A DNA stretch of 62,278 bases, the filler included, from Chiloscyllium plagiosum (Eukaryota), in assembly GCF_004010195.1 (NCBI RefSeq). It is 2 parts of one record of this genome, joined end to end, with 100 filler letters (N's around TTAATTAATTAA, not from the genome) between each part and the next. Parts side by side here need not be neighbours in the genome. Positions count along the whole stretch, not along the records: positions 31,227 to 62,278 come from NC_057713.1; 1 more part is not named here. One strand, given 5' to 3'. Below the pieces are notes generated by a model. That model searched no databases, had not been told where the DNA came from, and saw nothing but the letters and a program-made list of their open reading frames with translations. The position numbers were made by a program, and so were the translations under genes. The first letter of the stretch is position 1. Each line of letters begins with the position of its first letter. Shown here piece by piece: positions 37,384-49,424 of the stretch.

Positions 37384-38283
37384 GTGAGTAAAAGGCGAAC
37401 AAACACATCCCAGAGAGACAGTGGATGTTTATTATATACTGTACATCTATACCCACAGAGAGTGAATGTATAGAATATGCTGTACATCTATACCCCAGAG
37501 AGAGAATGTTTATTATATACTGTACATCTACATCCCAGAGAGAGAGAGGGAATGTATTATAGACTATACACCTATACTCCAAAGAGAGTGAATGTTTATT
37601 ATATATTGTTCACCTGTGCAACGGAAAGCAAGTGAATGTTTATTAATTACGGTACACCTATACCCCACAGAGAGAGCGAGAGAGAATGTTTATTATATAC
37701 TGTATACCTATATTCCAGCGAGACTGAATGTTTATAAATATTGTACATCTATACCCCAGAGATAGAGTGAATGTTTCTTAATTACTGCACACTTATACCC
37801 CAGAGAGACAGTTAATGTTTATTATACCTGTATACTGTACACCTATACCCCAGAGAGACAGTGAATGTTTATTATATACTGTACACCTATACTCTGGGGA
37901 GAGTGTGAATGTATAGTATGTACTGTACACCTATAGCGCAGAGAGTGAGTGAATGTTTATTATATTCTGTGCACCCACACCTCAGAGAGACTGAATGTTT
38001 ATTATATACTGTGCACCTATACCCCAGAGAGACAGTGAATGTTCATTAAGTATTGCACATCTATACCTCAGAGAGAGAGTGGATGTTTATGATATGCCAT
38101 ACACTTTTGCCCCAGAGAGGGCATGAATGTTTATTGTATACTGTTCACCTAGACAACAGAGAGAGTGTGAATGTTTATTATATACTGTACACCAATACCC
38201 CAGAGAGAGATTGAATGTTTACTATATACTGTACACCTATACTGCAGAGAGAGAATGATTGTTTATTAAGTATTGTACATCTG

Positions 38284-38320
<37 letters not shown>

Positions 38321-38770
38321 ATGAATGCTTATACTGTACACTTATGCCCCAGAGAAGGCATGAATGTTTATTGTACACTGTTCATCTTTACAACAGAGAG
38401 AGTGAATGTTTATTATATATACCCCAGAGACAGTGAATGTCTATTGTATAATCTACAATCATACTCCAGAGAGCGTGAATATTTATTATATACTATACCC
38501 CAAAAAGAGAATGAATGTATTGTATATACTGTATACCTAAACCCTGGAGAGTGAAAGTTTATTATATACTGCACATCTACACCACAGAGAGCATATGAAT
38601 ATTTATTATATGTTGTACAACCATAGCCCGGAGAGAGAATGGGAATGTGTATTATATACTGTACACCAATAGGTGTACAGTACATAATACATTGAAAGTG
38701 AATATTTATTCTATACTGTACACCTTTACTCCAGAAAGAGAAAGTGAATGTTTATTATATACCGTACATC

Positions 38771-39424
38771 TAGTGAAGAAGGCGTCTGGTATGCTTTTCT
38801 TTATTGGTCAGAGTATTGAGTACAGGAGTTGGGAAGTCATGTTGCAGCTGTACAGGTTATTGGTTAGGCCACTTTTGGAAGATTACATGAAGTTCTGGTC
38901 TCCTTCCTATCGGAAGGATGTTGTGAAACTTGAAAGGGTTCAGAAAAGATCTACAAGGATGTTGCCAGGCTTGGAGGATTTAAGCTATAGGGTGAGGTTG
39001 AATAGGCTGGGGCTGTTTTCCCTGGAGCGTCAGAGGCTGAGGGGTGACCTTATAAAGGTTTATAAAATCATGAGGGGCATGGATAGGATAAATAGACAAA
39101 GTCTTTTCCCTGGGGTCGGAGAGTCCAGACATAGAGGGCATAGATTAAGGGCGAGAGGGGAAAGATATAAAAGAGACTTAAGGGGCAACTTTTTCACGCA
39201 GAGTGTGGTACATGTATGGAATAAACTGCCAGAGGAAGGGGTGGAGGCGAGTACAATTGCAACATTTAAAAGGCATTTGGATGTGTATATGAATAGGAAG
39301 GGTTTGAAGGGATATGGGCCAGATGCTGGAAAGTGGGACAAGATTGGGTTGGGATATCTGGTCGGCATGGACGAGTTAGACCGAAGGGTCTGTTTCCATG
39401 CTGTGCATCTCTATGACTCGATGA
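38771..39424 (+). mobile_element. CR1/HER1 3' fragment inserted in the minisatellite
   Basis: YRLLVRPLLE, LERVQKR, RLRGDLI; ctctatgac tail. Confidence 0.95.
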
Positions 39425-40639
39425 TCTATACCCAGAGAGAGAGTGAATATATAATATATACTGTACACCTACACCCCAGAGAGAGAGTGTGAATGTTTAT
39501 GATATACCGTACACTTACACACTAGAGAGGGCGTGAATGTTGATTATCTACTTTTCACCTATACAACAGAGAATGAATGGATCTTTATTATATACTGTAC
39601 ACCTATACCTCAGAGACAATGAATGTTTGTTATAAACTCTACAACCATACTCCAGAGAGAGAGTGAATCATTTTTATATACTATACATCTATACTCCGGA
39701 GAGACAGTGAATATATAGTATACACTGTACACCTATACCCCGGAGAGAAAGTGAACGTTTATTATATACTGTACATTTACACCCCAGAGAGAATGGGAAT
39801 ATGTATTATATACTGTGCACCTATACCCCAAAGAGAGTGAATGTTTATTATACTGTACACCTATACCCCACAGAGAGTGAATGTTTATTATATATTGAAC
39901 AGCTATACACACAAAAGAACGTGAAAGTTTATTAAATACTGGACTGCCATACCCCAGAGAAAATATGTTTATTATACAGTGTATACTGTCAGAAGTCCCA
40001 CGTCACCGGATTGCAGTCTAACAGGTTTATTTGAAATCAGAAGCTGTTGGAGCACTGTTTCTTTGTCAGATGTGGTCACCTCTGACATTGTCCATGCCAG
40101 TCCAACACCAGCACCTCCAAATCAGGATTATTATATACTGGATAGCGATACCCCAGAGATTGTGAATGATTTGATTTGATTTATTATTGTCATATGTACC
40201 TAAGTACAGTGAAAAGTTTCATTTTCTGTGCAGTACAGCAGATCATAACATGCAAGACACAAAAATAATAGGGTGATTGAACAGAGCAAGGAATACAAAG
40301 TTATGGCGGCAAAGAAGGTGTACAAAAAGCAAAATCAACATTAGATTTGACATTTGAGATGTCCATTCATTTGTCAGTGGGGAACAGAAGCATCAAGGTT
40401 GTCATATCTAGAGGTGTAGCCCGAGTTATTGCTGAGTTAATGGCTTTAGCCCCTGTAGTAATATGGATTCTACAATTGTCCAACCTCAGAATTTCACTGC
40501 AGAAATTGGTGACCATCCATAGTTCACACTCCAGACTGCTGTCCAATAAGTCCTGCAGCATGGCAAATGAATATATAAACATCTGGTGAATACAGGTTTT
40601 GGTATACACCGCACAAAATATTACCCATCACTCTAGTAG

Positions 40640-41505
40640 TCTAACCCTTATTGGCATAAAATTCACTCAAGAGGAGGAAAGCAACAACAAACTGCCATTC
40701 CTAGATGTCACAGTAGAGCGAACAGCCACAAACAAAACTGCATTAGAACATTATTTCAATGAGCCACCATTTACTGCAGCACAGAGGAACTACGAAGAGC
40801 AGAGGAAAATCACCTATACAGTGTATTCAAAAAGAACGGGTACCTAATGAACACAGTTCTCAGCAAATAACCAAACAAGCAGATAAACATGTCCAGAAAC
40901 CCTAACCACTCTCTGCAACATCAAAGACATCTCGGAAATGACTGCTAGACTACTCAGACCTCTTAGCATCATGGTAGCCCACAAACCCACCAACACACTA
41001 AAACATCAGCTAGTGAACTTGAAAGACCCTATAAGGATAACAAGCAAAACTAATGTCATTTACAAAATACCTTGCAAGAACTACATTGGACAAACAGGCA
41101 GAAAACCAGGCACCAGGATATAGGAACATCAACGAACCACAAAAAGACATGATCCACTCTCACTAGTATCTTTACATACAGGACACCACTTCAGCTGGGA
41201 CAACACATCCAATCTAGGACAAACCAAACAGACATACACGCGAATAGACACACATATAGACTTGGATCCCATTTACTACTTCCTGAGAAAAAGAACAGGA
41301 AATAACATCACCACAGGTGATAATGTCACCAACCCAAGGAAACTAAACACATAAATAAAAAGCGGGCCATACCACCAGTGCTTCACTGGAGGCTCACTGA
41401 TGATGTGACCTAGTATGGTGACGAAACGTCTAAAAACAAACCTTACAGTTCAGTGAGCAAATCTACGTCCAGAACCTCAATCTGATCTACAAATCTTCTC
41501 AACTT
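40640..41505 (+). mobile_element. Penelope-like element (Poseidon-type): RT thumb, GIY-YIG and terminus
   Basis: IKFTQEEESNNKLPFLDV; NVIYKIPC..YIGQTGR; terminal hammerhead core at 41397-41430. Confidence 0.9.
41397..41430 (+). ncRNA. Minimal hammerhead ribozyme motif (Poseidon-type PLE)
   Basis: CTGATGA-T-GTGACC(TAGTAT)GGTGAC-GAAAC-GTC; stem II has one mismatch. Confidence 0.62.
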
Positions 41506-42065
41506 GTTAACTCTAATAATAGCAGGGAAGAAACTGTTTTTGAATCTGTTGGTATATGTGTTTAAGTTTTGTATCTTCTGCCTGACAGAAGAAGTTGGTA
41601 GAGATTTTAACCTGGGTGAGAAAGGTCTTTGATTTGTTTGGTTATGATGATAGTGTTGAATGTGGAACTGTAGTCAATAAGTAGGAGCTTGAAGTTTATT
41701 ATATACTGGACAGTGATGCCCTAGAGAGAGAGAATGTTTATTATATACTGGACAGCAATACGTCAGAGAGTGGGAATGTGTATTACCTACTGGACTGTGA
41801 TATCACAAAGAGAGTGAATGTTTATTATCTACTGGACAGCAATACCTCAGAGAAAGCAAATGTTTATTGTATATTGGGCAGCAAGAGAGTGAATGTCCAC
41901 CATATGCTGGACAGCTATACCCCAAGACAGTGAATGTCTGATATATATTGGACAGTGACACCCCAGGGAGATTGAATGTCCACTGTGTATCAAAAGATAA
42001 TACCTGAGAGAGTGAATGTGGACTATATACCAGACAGCAGTGTGTGTGAATGTCCACTATATACT

Positions 42066-43600
42066 GGAGAACGTGAGGACTGCAGTTGCTAGAGATCAGA
42101 GTCGAGAGTGTGTTGCTGGAAAAGCGCAGCAGGTCAGGCAGCATCTGAGGAGCAGGAGAATCAACGTTTTGGGCATAAACCCTTCATCAGGAAATGAGGC
42201 TTGTGGGCTGGGGCTTGAGATAAAAGGGAGGTGGTGGGGTTATCAGGAAGGTAGCTGAGAAAGCGATAGGTGGATGAAGGTGAGGGAGAAGGTGATAGGT
42301 CAGAGGGGGGAGTGATGGACAGGTCAGGAGGGCGGTGCCGAGTTGGAGGCTTGGGAATGGGATAATGTAGGGAGAGGGGAAATGAGGAAGCTGTTGAAAT
42401 TCACATTTATCCCGTGTGGTTGCAGGGTCCCAAGGCAAAATCTGAGGTATTCTTCCTCCAGGTGTCGGGTGGTAACGGTTTGGCGGTGGAGGAGGCCCAG
42501 GACCTGGATATCCTTGACGAAGTGCGAGGCGGATTTAAGTGTTCAGCCATGGGGTGGTGGGATTGATGGGTGCGGGTGTCCCAGAGATGTTCTCTGAAAT
42601 GATCCACAAGAAAGTGTCCTGTCTTCCCAATGTAGAGGAGACCACATAGTGTGCAACAGATGACATTGGTAGGGTACAGGTAAATCTCTGACAGATGTGC
42701 AAGGATCACTTGGGGCCTTGGATGGAGGTGAGGTGAGGGGAGTGGTGTATGCACAGGTTTTGAACTTCCTACTGTGGCAGGGAAAAGTGAAATGAGTGAG
42801 GTGTGGGCTAGTGGGGGGCTTGGACCTGACGAGGGAGTCGTGAAGAGAATGGTCACTCCAGGACCCTGATAAGAATGGGGAGGGAAGTATATCTTTGGTG
42901 GTGGGATCCGTTTGGAGATGGTGGAAGTGGCAGAGGAAGATGCGATGTATGCGGAGGTTGGTGGGGTGGAAGGTGAGGATCACGGGGGTTCTGTCCTTAT
43001 TGTGTTGGGAGGGGTGGGGTTCAAGGGCAGTGGTGCATGGAGTAGAGGAGATGCGCTAAAAGGCATTGTCAACCATGTGGGAAGGTAAGTTCCGATCTTG
43101 GAAGAAGGAGGCTATCTGGGACTTTGAGGTCAATATGGTCATCTTGGCAACAGATGTGGTGGAGGTGGAGGAATTGGGAATAAGGTGTTTTTACAGGAGG
43201 TAGGGTGGGAGGATGTGTAGTCTATGTAGCGGGAGTCGGTGTAATAGGTGTCTGTGATTAGTCGGTTGCCAGAGATGGTGATGGAGAGGTCCAGAAAGGG
43301 GAGGGAAGTGTCCGAGATGGCCCAAGTGAATTTGAGGTTGGGGTGGAATGTGTTGGTAAAGTTAATGAATTGTTTAACCTCTTCATGGGAGCATGAGGTG
43401 GCGCTAATACAGTCATCGATGTAACGAAGAAACCGCAGGGGGGTGGTGCGGACTGTTTCCCCCCCCCAACCCCAACCCCCTCCCTTTTATCTCTCAGCCC
43501 CCGGCCCACAAGCTTCATTCCTGATGAAGGGCTTATGCCCGAAACGCCGATTCTCCTGCTCCTCGGATGCTGCCTGACCTGCTGTGCTTTCCCAGCAATG
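42066..43600 (-). mobile_element. Penelope-like element (Neptune-type), degenerate RT end, Cys linker and GIY-YIG, with inverted terminal copy
   Basis: LTFHP..IHRI, FPC..K..TC, NVIC..C.LLYIG.T..F.EHL; terminus 42066-42240 repeated inverted at 43460-43600. Confidence 0.9.
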
Positions 43601-44324
43601 CACTATATACCAGATAATGGTACTCCAGTGAGAGGAAATGTCTATGATTTGGTGAACACCTTTACCCCAGGGAGAGTGAATGCCCACTGCCTACCAGAAG
43701 GTGATACCCCAGGGAGACTGAATGTCCACTGTACTGGAAAGAGCGGACAGCAATATCCAGAGAGTGTGAATGTCCTCTGTAAACTGGACAGTGATACTTC
43801 ACAGAGACTGAAAACCATATACCAAATACTGTATACCAGTTTGTGATATTCCGCAGATACTAAATGTCTATTGCATGGCAGGAAACAATACCCCATTCTA
43901 TACACTAGACTGCAGCACCCAAAGAGAGATGAATATCCACTGTAAATCAGTGATATTCAATAAATACTAAATGTCCATTGGATAACAGACAGAGAGACTC
44001 CAGAATGTCCACTGCCTATCAGAAAGGAATACCCCAAAGAAACTGTATGTCCATTCTATAGACCAGATAGCAATACCCAGAGGGACTGAATGTCCACTAT
44101 ATACTAGACAGCAATACCCCAGAGAGTCTGAATGTTCAGTCAAGAAATCAGGCAGTAATATTCCAGAGGGACTGAATGACCACTTGAAAACTGGGCCATG
44201 ATACCCTTTAAGAGGCTGAATGTCCCCTCGAGAAACCGGACCATCATTGACTCAAGTTGGTTTGCATTTCCACTCAAGAAACTTGACATTCGTAGTCCAG
44301 AAGGAGACTAGATATCCAGTCTTA

Positions 44325-44645
44325 TAGATTAGATTAGATTAGATTAGATTACTTACAGTGTGGAAACAGGCCCTTCGGCCCAACAAGTCCACACCGCCCC
44401 GCCGAAGCGCAGCCCACCCATACATTTACCCCTTACCTAACACTACGGGCAATTTAGTATGGCCAATTCACCTAACCTGCACATCTTTTGGATTGTGGGA
44501 GGAAACCGGAGCACCCGGAGGAAACCCACGCAGACACGGGGAGAACGTGCAAACTCCACACAGTCAGTCGCCTGAGGCGGGAACTGAACCCGGGTCTCTG
44601 GCGCTGTGAGGCAGCAGTGCTAACCACTGTGCCACCGTGCCGCCC
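44325..44645 (-). mobile_element. HE1-type SINE
   Basis: Reverse complement of the 30010 element; (TAGAT)n tail. Confidence 0.93.
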
Positions 44646-44850
44646 ACAAACTGGAACAGTCAAAGACCAGAGTGAGATTGAATATCCATCTAAATTCCAA
44701 ACAATCACAGTCCATTGTGAGACTGCGTATCCAGGGTTTATGCCATATGGTTGTAGCCCAGAGTGAAACTACATTCTATTACTGGACAGCAATGCTCCAG
44801 TAAGAGTGAATGTCCACTCTGTTCTTCATGTGAGGCACAATAGTGATATG

Positions 44851-44940
44851 CCTGTCCTCGGATGCTGCCTGAATTGCTGTGCTCTTCCAGCACCACTGAT
44901 CCAGAATCTGGTTTCCAGCATCTGCAGTCATTGTTTTTAC
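44851..44940 (+). mobile_element. Short PLE-terminus insertion with 15-bp TSD
   Basis: TSD cacaatagtgatatg at 44836-44850 and 44941-44955. Confidence 0.88.
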
Positions 44941-45080
44941 CACAATAGTGATATGATTGTTCTTGCTTGAGATAAGTGCATACTTGAGTAGCACTTTTAC
45001 AAATGATTTCATCTCGCAGAACTGATATTGCACGTACAATAAGACACGTTTCTCAATCTTTAACTCCTTTCTCTTGATAG

Positions 45081-45166
45081 GTTAGGATGGCTTCTCAGTT
45101 GGCTGCCTACTTGGTGTCCCACTTCTTTGTCTCTTCTCGAGGATGCTGAGAGTAAAATGTTACAGG
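45081..45166 (+). CDS. ABHD5: ABHD5 coding exon 2 (86 nt), Trp-rich lipid-droplet anchor
   Basis: ctcttgatag|GTTAGGATGG...TTACAGG|gtaagg; [28 protein letters not shown]. Confidence 0.96.
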
Positions 45167-45786
45167 GTAAGGAGAGATTATCTATTGAACATTCTTCATA
45201 GATTTTGCTGAGTCCTGATTTAAGAATATGAAACTGTGGCTGCATTTACAGAGTGCTGGTCCTTGTAATGCTTAATATATAGTTGGTGGAAATCAGAAAT
45301 TAAAACAAAGTGTTCGGAGTACTCAGCAGGTTATGGCAGGATTTGTGGAGAGAGAAACAAAATTAGTGCTTCAGGACTGTTACCTTTGATTAAAAGAGGA
45401 GAAAGTTAGAAATATGATGATTTTGAATAACTGGTGGATGGAACAAGATCAAGACGAAGGTCTGTGTGAGGATGAAAGAGAGAAGAGATTGAATGACAAA
45501 ACTTAGTCTTCCAGAACCAAAGAGAATAATGAAGTGGGAAGGAAAGAAACAAAGAACTAAAATATCTGCCCAGAGTGCTACTGTATGCTATTGACTGAAA
45601 GAAAACAAGCAAACGACAGGAAAAATAAATAAAATAAAAAAGTTATTATATTTAGCTCCTGCTTGCTTGCCAGTTGGTTTCATAGTTGAGATTGTTCTCT
45701 AAATCATTGCAACCAGAGCAGCAGGTTTCATGTGTTTAAATAGCTAAGCAGGTTTTCCCCTGTACTACTGCTACTTTTTAGACCTG

Positions 45787-45970
45787 ATGAACCATCCGGG
45801 TCATTAATGTCCTGCGGGGAAGAAACTGCCATCCTTACCTGGTCTGGCATACATGTGACGCCAAACCCACAGTAATGTGGTTGACTCTTAATGCCCTTTG
45901 GGGAATTAGGGATTGGCATTAAATGCTAGCTGAGTTGTTGATACCCTCATCATGTGAATGAATTTTTAGA
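45787..45970 (+). mobile_element. LINE-A-derived SINE, 3' half
   Basis: taatgtcct..ggaagaaactgccatccttacctggtctggc..tgtgac, ending gggaattagggattggc..gaatgaat. Confidence 0.7.
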
Positions 45971-46052
45971 AAAGCTACTTCTCTTTCTACTCTTGCTTTA
46001 ACTTGATTGACTCCAACGCTCCCTTTGCTGATCCTGACTCTGAATCTGCTGT

Positions 46053-46262
46053 TGAAAATGTGTTGCTGGAAAAGCGCAGCAGGTCAGGCAGCATCCAAGG
46101 AGCAGGAGAATAGACGTTTCGGGCATGAGCCCTTCTTCCTGAAGAAGGGCTCATGCCTGAAACGTCGATTCTCCTGCTCCTTGGATGCTGCCTGACCTGC
46201 TGCGCTTTTCCAGCAACACATTTTCAGCTCTGATCTCCAGCATCTGCAGTCCTCACTTTCTC
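46053..46262. mobile_element. Palindromic mini-element made of two inverted PLE termini, 15-bp TSD
   Basis: ~88-bp arms 46051-46138 / 46141-46229; TSD ctctgaatctgctgt at 46038-46052 and 46263-46277; hammerhead core 46139-46166. Confidence 0.92.
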
Positions 46263-46439
46263 CTCTGAATCTGCTGTCCCATCTTTCTTTGCATTAACCA
46301 GCCAGGCTTGCTTCACTGTGTTAAGTTGACCATGTCATCTACCCTGTGTATCAGAGGTGAGGTGTAAGAGGGGGTGGAGATGGGGAGAATATGTGTTTTG
46401 GAGGGAGGGGAAGGTGGTTATTGGAGTGGTGTGTGTTGG

Positions 46440-46778
46440 AGGTGTTGCAGGAGTGGTAATGTCAATGGATTTGTAATCCAGAACACCAGGCTAATGTTCT
46501 GGGGACATAGATTTGAATCCCACAGTAACAGATAGTGAAATTTGAGTTAAATGAAAATTGATTAGTCTAATGGTGACCGTGTATTCACTGTTGATTGTTG
46601 TAAAACCCCACCTGATTCACTAATGTCCTTTAGGGAAGGAAATCCGCTGTTTTTACCTGGTCTGGCCTTTATGTGACAGATTCACATCAATGTGGTTGAC
46701 TGTCTCCAGGCATTTAGGGATGGGCAATAAATGCTGACCAGTAATGCCTACATCCCATGAATGAATTTTAAAAAAATA
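46440..46778 (+). mobile_element. LINE-A-derived SINE (head + body + LINE tail)
   Basis: Body matches 4146-4430; tail agggatgggcaataaatgctg..atcccatgaatgaat-A-rich. Confidence 0.75.
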
Positions 46779-47183
46779 ATGCCTGACTCGAGACCTCCGA
46801 AACAAACTTTCTGCCCTGATCTCCATTATAGCAAGCGGGTACCAGGAGGGAAGAGAAAACACTTCCAAGGAGTTCTCTAAGCCTCCCTGAAAAGATGCAA
46901 TATCCCCATCTTCTCATGTAATCTCTTGCTGAAGACCGCCCAAGCTGGAGAAAAAGCATCCATGAAGGTTCAAACCAAATTGGGCATCACTGACAGGCAT
47001 AGGTGGAGGCCAAGTGTAAACAGCGGAAGGTGTACAATCTGAGCATCCCTTCCACCCACCTGCCCTATCTGTGACAGGGAGTACAGACCCACTGTTGGTT
47101 TGTTCAGCCACCTTAGGACCTGTGGACACCTGTGGAGTGGAAGAAACTCATCTTCACTCTCAATGGACTGCTTAAGAAGAAGA
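46779..47183 (+). mobile_element. RTE-clade LINE 3' fragment
   Basis: MPDSRPPKQ...GKR..GG.RK.F...LK.C, DRP.WR..I.EG; (AAG)n tail. Confidence 0.75.
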
Positions 47184-47565
47184 TTGTGTTTAATTTTGAG
47201 CATCTAACCTTAGGGTAGATATAGTGTCTGGAAAGATTGTTGAATATCCATTTACTGGGCTGTTGCTCGGGACAAAGGGTGGTGACCTATGGTGAGGAGT
47301 TGGTTAAACCTGGGTTAATTTCCTGCCAGAGGTGAGGGTAATATGATTGACCTTCTAAAAAACATTGACTGAATAAATGAGAAATAACTCTCTCCACTCA
47401 GGTAACTCAGAAGCCACAGATATAGTTTTAGAATTTGAGGTAAGGTGGTGAGCAGTGAAACCAGCAACCTTTCATTATGTAAGAAATTAGAGGGATTTGG
47501 AATACTAGTGCCAGAAAGTCATCAATGCAGAATTAGTTAAGGTGTCTCAGTGCAATGCAAACTTA

Positions 47566-47898
47566 GGCGGCACGGTGGCTCAGTGGTTAGTGCTGCTGCC
47601 TCACAGCACCAGGGACCTGAGTTTGATTCCTGCCTCGGGTGACTGTCTGTGTGGAGTTTGCACATTCTCCCCGTGTCTGCGTGGGTTTTCTCCGGGTGCT
47701 CCGGTTTCCTCCCACAGTCCAAAGATGTACAGGTCAGGTGAATTGGCCATGCTAAATTGTCCATAGTGTTAGGTGCATTAGACAAGGGTAAATATAGGGT
47801 GGGCGAACAGGGCTGAGTGGGTTACTGTTCGGAGGGTGGGTGTGGACTTGTTGGGCTGAAGGACCTGTTTCCATATTGTAGGTAATCTAATCTAATCT
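47566..47898 (+). mobile_element. HE1-type SINE
   Basis: A/B boxes, HE1 body, (TAATC)n tail. Confidence 0.92.
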
Positions 47899-48055
47899 TA
47901 GTAGAAAGTAAGGGAGAAGTGATTTATCTGTTTCAAAAGATAGACCCACTGATGGTTGAATGGATTCATTGGGCTAAAAGATGTAGTCCTTTATTTTTGT
48001 GATACATCTTGATTAAGACTAGAAATTAAGATCACTAATAGTAAAATGAACATCA

Positions 48056-48672
48056 TGTGTTCTCCTTTACATTGGGGAGACTGGACGCCTCCTAGCAGAG
48101 CGCTTTAGGAAACATCTCCAGGACACCCGCACCAATCAACCACACCGCCCTGTGGCCCAACATTTCAACTCTCCCTCCCACTTTGCCAAGGACTTGGAGG
48201 TCCTGTGCCTCCTTCACCGCTCCCTCACCTCCCGATGCCTGGAGGAAGAACGCCTCATCTTCCGCCTCAGAACACTTCAACCCCAGAGTATCAATGTGGA
48301 CTTCAACAGTTTCTTCATTTCCCCTTCCCCTACCTCACCCCAGTTCCAAACTTCCAGCTCAGCACTGTCCCCATGACTTGACCTACCTGCCTATCTTCTT
48401 TTCCACCTATCCACTCCACCTCCTCCCTGATCTATCACCTTCATCCCCTCCCCCACTAACCTATTGTACTCTATGCTATTTTCTCACCACCCCCACCCTC
48501 CTCTCATTTATCTCTCCACCCTTCAGGCTCTCTGCCTGTATTCCTGATGAAGGGCTTTTGCCCAAAACGTCGATTTTACTGCTCCTTGGATGCTGTCTGA
48601 ACTGCTGTGCTTTTCCAGCACCACTCTAATCTAGACTCTGGTTTCCAGCATCTGCAGTCATTGTTTTTACCT
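48056..48672 (+). mobile_element. Neptune-type PLE 3' fragment (GIY-YIG and terminus)
   Basis: LLYIGETGR..AERFRKHL..PVAQHFNSPSH; hammerhead core with G12A at 48544-48571. Confidence 0.9.
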
Positions 48673-48782
48673 CATTAATTAATATGTCAGACCAAGATAT
48701 GTTTTTGAGGACAGAATTAAAGCAGGTATGCAAATATTTAATTATGACAATACTGAAACAAAAAGAAATGTCTATGCAAAAA

Positions 48783-49424
48783 GGACGGCACGGTGGCACA
48801 GTGGTTAGCACTAATGCCTCATAGTGTCAGAGACCTGGGTTCAATTCCCACCTCCGGCAACTGTCTGTGTGGAGTTTCCACATTCTCCCTGTGTCTGTGT
48901 GGGTTTTCTCCGGGTGCTCCGGTTTCCTCCCACAGTCCAAAAAAAAATGTGCAGGTTAGGTGAATTGGCCATGCTAAATTGCCCGTAGTGTTAGGTGAAG
49001 GGGTAAATGTAGGGGAATGGGTCTGGGTGGGTTACTCTTCGGAGGGTTGGTGTGGACTTGTTGGGCCAAAGGGCCTGTTTCCACACTGTAAGTAATCTAA
49101 TCTAATTTTTAAGAGCGGCACAGTGGCTCAGTGGTTAGCACTGCTGCCTCACAGCACCAGGGTCCCAGGTTTGACTCCAGCCTTGGGTGACTGTCTGTGT
49201 GGAGTTTGCACATTCTCCCCATGTCTGCGTGGGTTTCCTCCAGGTGCTCCCGTTTCCTCCCACAAGTCAAAGATGTGAATTGGCTATGCTAAATTGCCCA
49301 GAGTGTTAGGTGCATTAGCCAAAGGGAAATGGAACTGGGTGGGTTACTCTTCGTAGGGTCGGTGTGGGTTTGTTGGGCCGAAGGGCCTGTTTCCACATTG
49401 TAGGGAATCTAAACTAATCTAATC
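48783..49424 (+). mobile_element. Two head-to-tail HE1-type SINEs (48783-49105, 49113-49424)
   Basis: Two complete head-body-tail units of slightly different subfamilies. Confidence 0.92.

Larger units (their letters stand above)
40168..41690 (-). mobile_element. Rex1/L2-like LINE 3' end (GATTT-repeat tail) split by an insertion at ~40370-41505
   Basis: gatttgatttgatttattattgtca at the left; gggaagaaactgttttt..cttctgcctga at the right. Confidence 0.5.
37405..44820 (+). repeat. Degenerate ~36-42-bp minisatellite array in ABHD5 intron 1, broken by several insertions
   Basis: Unit tatactgtacacctataccccagagagagtgaatgtttatta; blocks at ~37405-38770, 39425-39990, 41693-42066, 43600-44320, 44648-44820. 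Confidence 0.92.

Noticed and set aside
38647..39492. 281-aa novel protein
   Set aside because: Minisatellite read-through into the C-terminus of CR1 ORF2
37405..39990. CRISPR-like regular repeats
   Set aside because: Contiguous degenerate tandem units without unique spacers, in a vertebrate intron, no cas genes
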